From Rhizodiscina lignyota (lineage: Eukaryota), in assembly GCA_010015805.1 (NCBI GenBank), contig ML978135.1, forward strand, positions 496,001 to 560,000: a DNA stretch of 64,000 nt. The letters are read 5' to 3'. The notes under the pieces were generated by a model. It was not told the DNA's origin and did not search any database. It saw only the letters and a list, made by a program, of their open reading frames with translations. Below, one piece after another: positions 63,385 to 64,000 of the stretch (position 1 is its first letter; every line of letters starts with the position of its first letter). Made by a program: the position numbers and the translations under genes.

Positions 63385-64000
63385 TCAAAGGGCGCTGAGC
63401 ACCCTTGGGTCGCGGGGCTTGGTGGCAATACCAGCCCAGATACCGCCATCCATGATCTGGGTCGTACCATTTGTGTACGCCGACTCGTGGGAAATCAGGA
63501 ACAGTGCCGTGTATCCCGTTTCCCAGCTGGCAGACGTTAGCATATGTGACACATCTAAATGGGTTCACGAAGCAACTTACCCGGTCGCTTGCCTTCCGAA
63601 TGCTACTGTGGCAGCTCGGTTCTTTACCTTCCTGCCTGATGAACGACCCATGGGAGTCTCGACGTAGCCCTGGTTTGATGTTAGCATATTTGTTCTTCTA
63701 AAGCAGGATTTCTAACTTACCATGCAAATAGCATTGCACCTGATTGCTTTGTCCTCGCCGGCTCTCGCGGTCGCCCTGCTAAGGGCCAACAGTGCGGCCT
63801 TGCTGGCCTCGTAGACCGGGTTGTTGTCGAGGGCTCTGATTGCGCTGGCGGAGCTGATGAGGACGATGCTGGCACCTGGGTCCATGACCTCAATTCCATG
63901 CTTGCAGAACATGAAGTGGCTTCTCGTGTTGATGGCAAAGTCCTCATCCCACGCTTCCATCGACGTCTCGGCCATCGGGATACGTCTTGACGTGCCAACA
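63385..64000 (-). CDS. Short-chain dehydrogenase/reductase, 5'-truncated by the window end
   Basis: 'SIVLISSAS', catalytic YEASK, 'IRCNAICM|GYVETPMG' and 'G|WETGYTALFLISHESAYTNG..QIMDGG'. Confidence 0.88.

Overview
Gene-dense, intron-rich genomic DNA of a filamentous ascomycete (Pezizomycotina-type GT-AG introns with CTRAC branch sites). It holds about 28 protein-coding loci: housekeeping genes (THP3/SAC3-family, VPS36, LEU1, LAP1, SVP26, BUD23, IDH1), transporters and hydrolases, and several accessory genes. Two features stand out. (1) A ~2 kb stretch at ~9.9-11.85 kb with no recognisable protein-coding gene has the hallmarks of a fungal telomerase RNA: an 11-nt template ACCCTAACCCT, a template-adjacent hairpin, a U-rich H-type pseudoknot, a nested series of long-range helices joining both ends, and a branched 3' arm. 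(2) A divergent two-gene RiPP-like locus at 43.2-45.0 kb pairs a secreted Kex2-processed repeat precursor (acidic cores such as QDEDGPL, no Tyr/Trp) with a DUF3328/UstYa-type enzyme carrying two HxxHC motifs. There is also a three-gene accessory block (beta-propeller-like protein, atypical amino-acid permease, Zn-finger/GTPase-like/RING/patatin protein) in which several lesions look like RIP-type C-to-T changes. All gene models and RNA pairings were read by eye; no database searches or folding programs were run.
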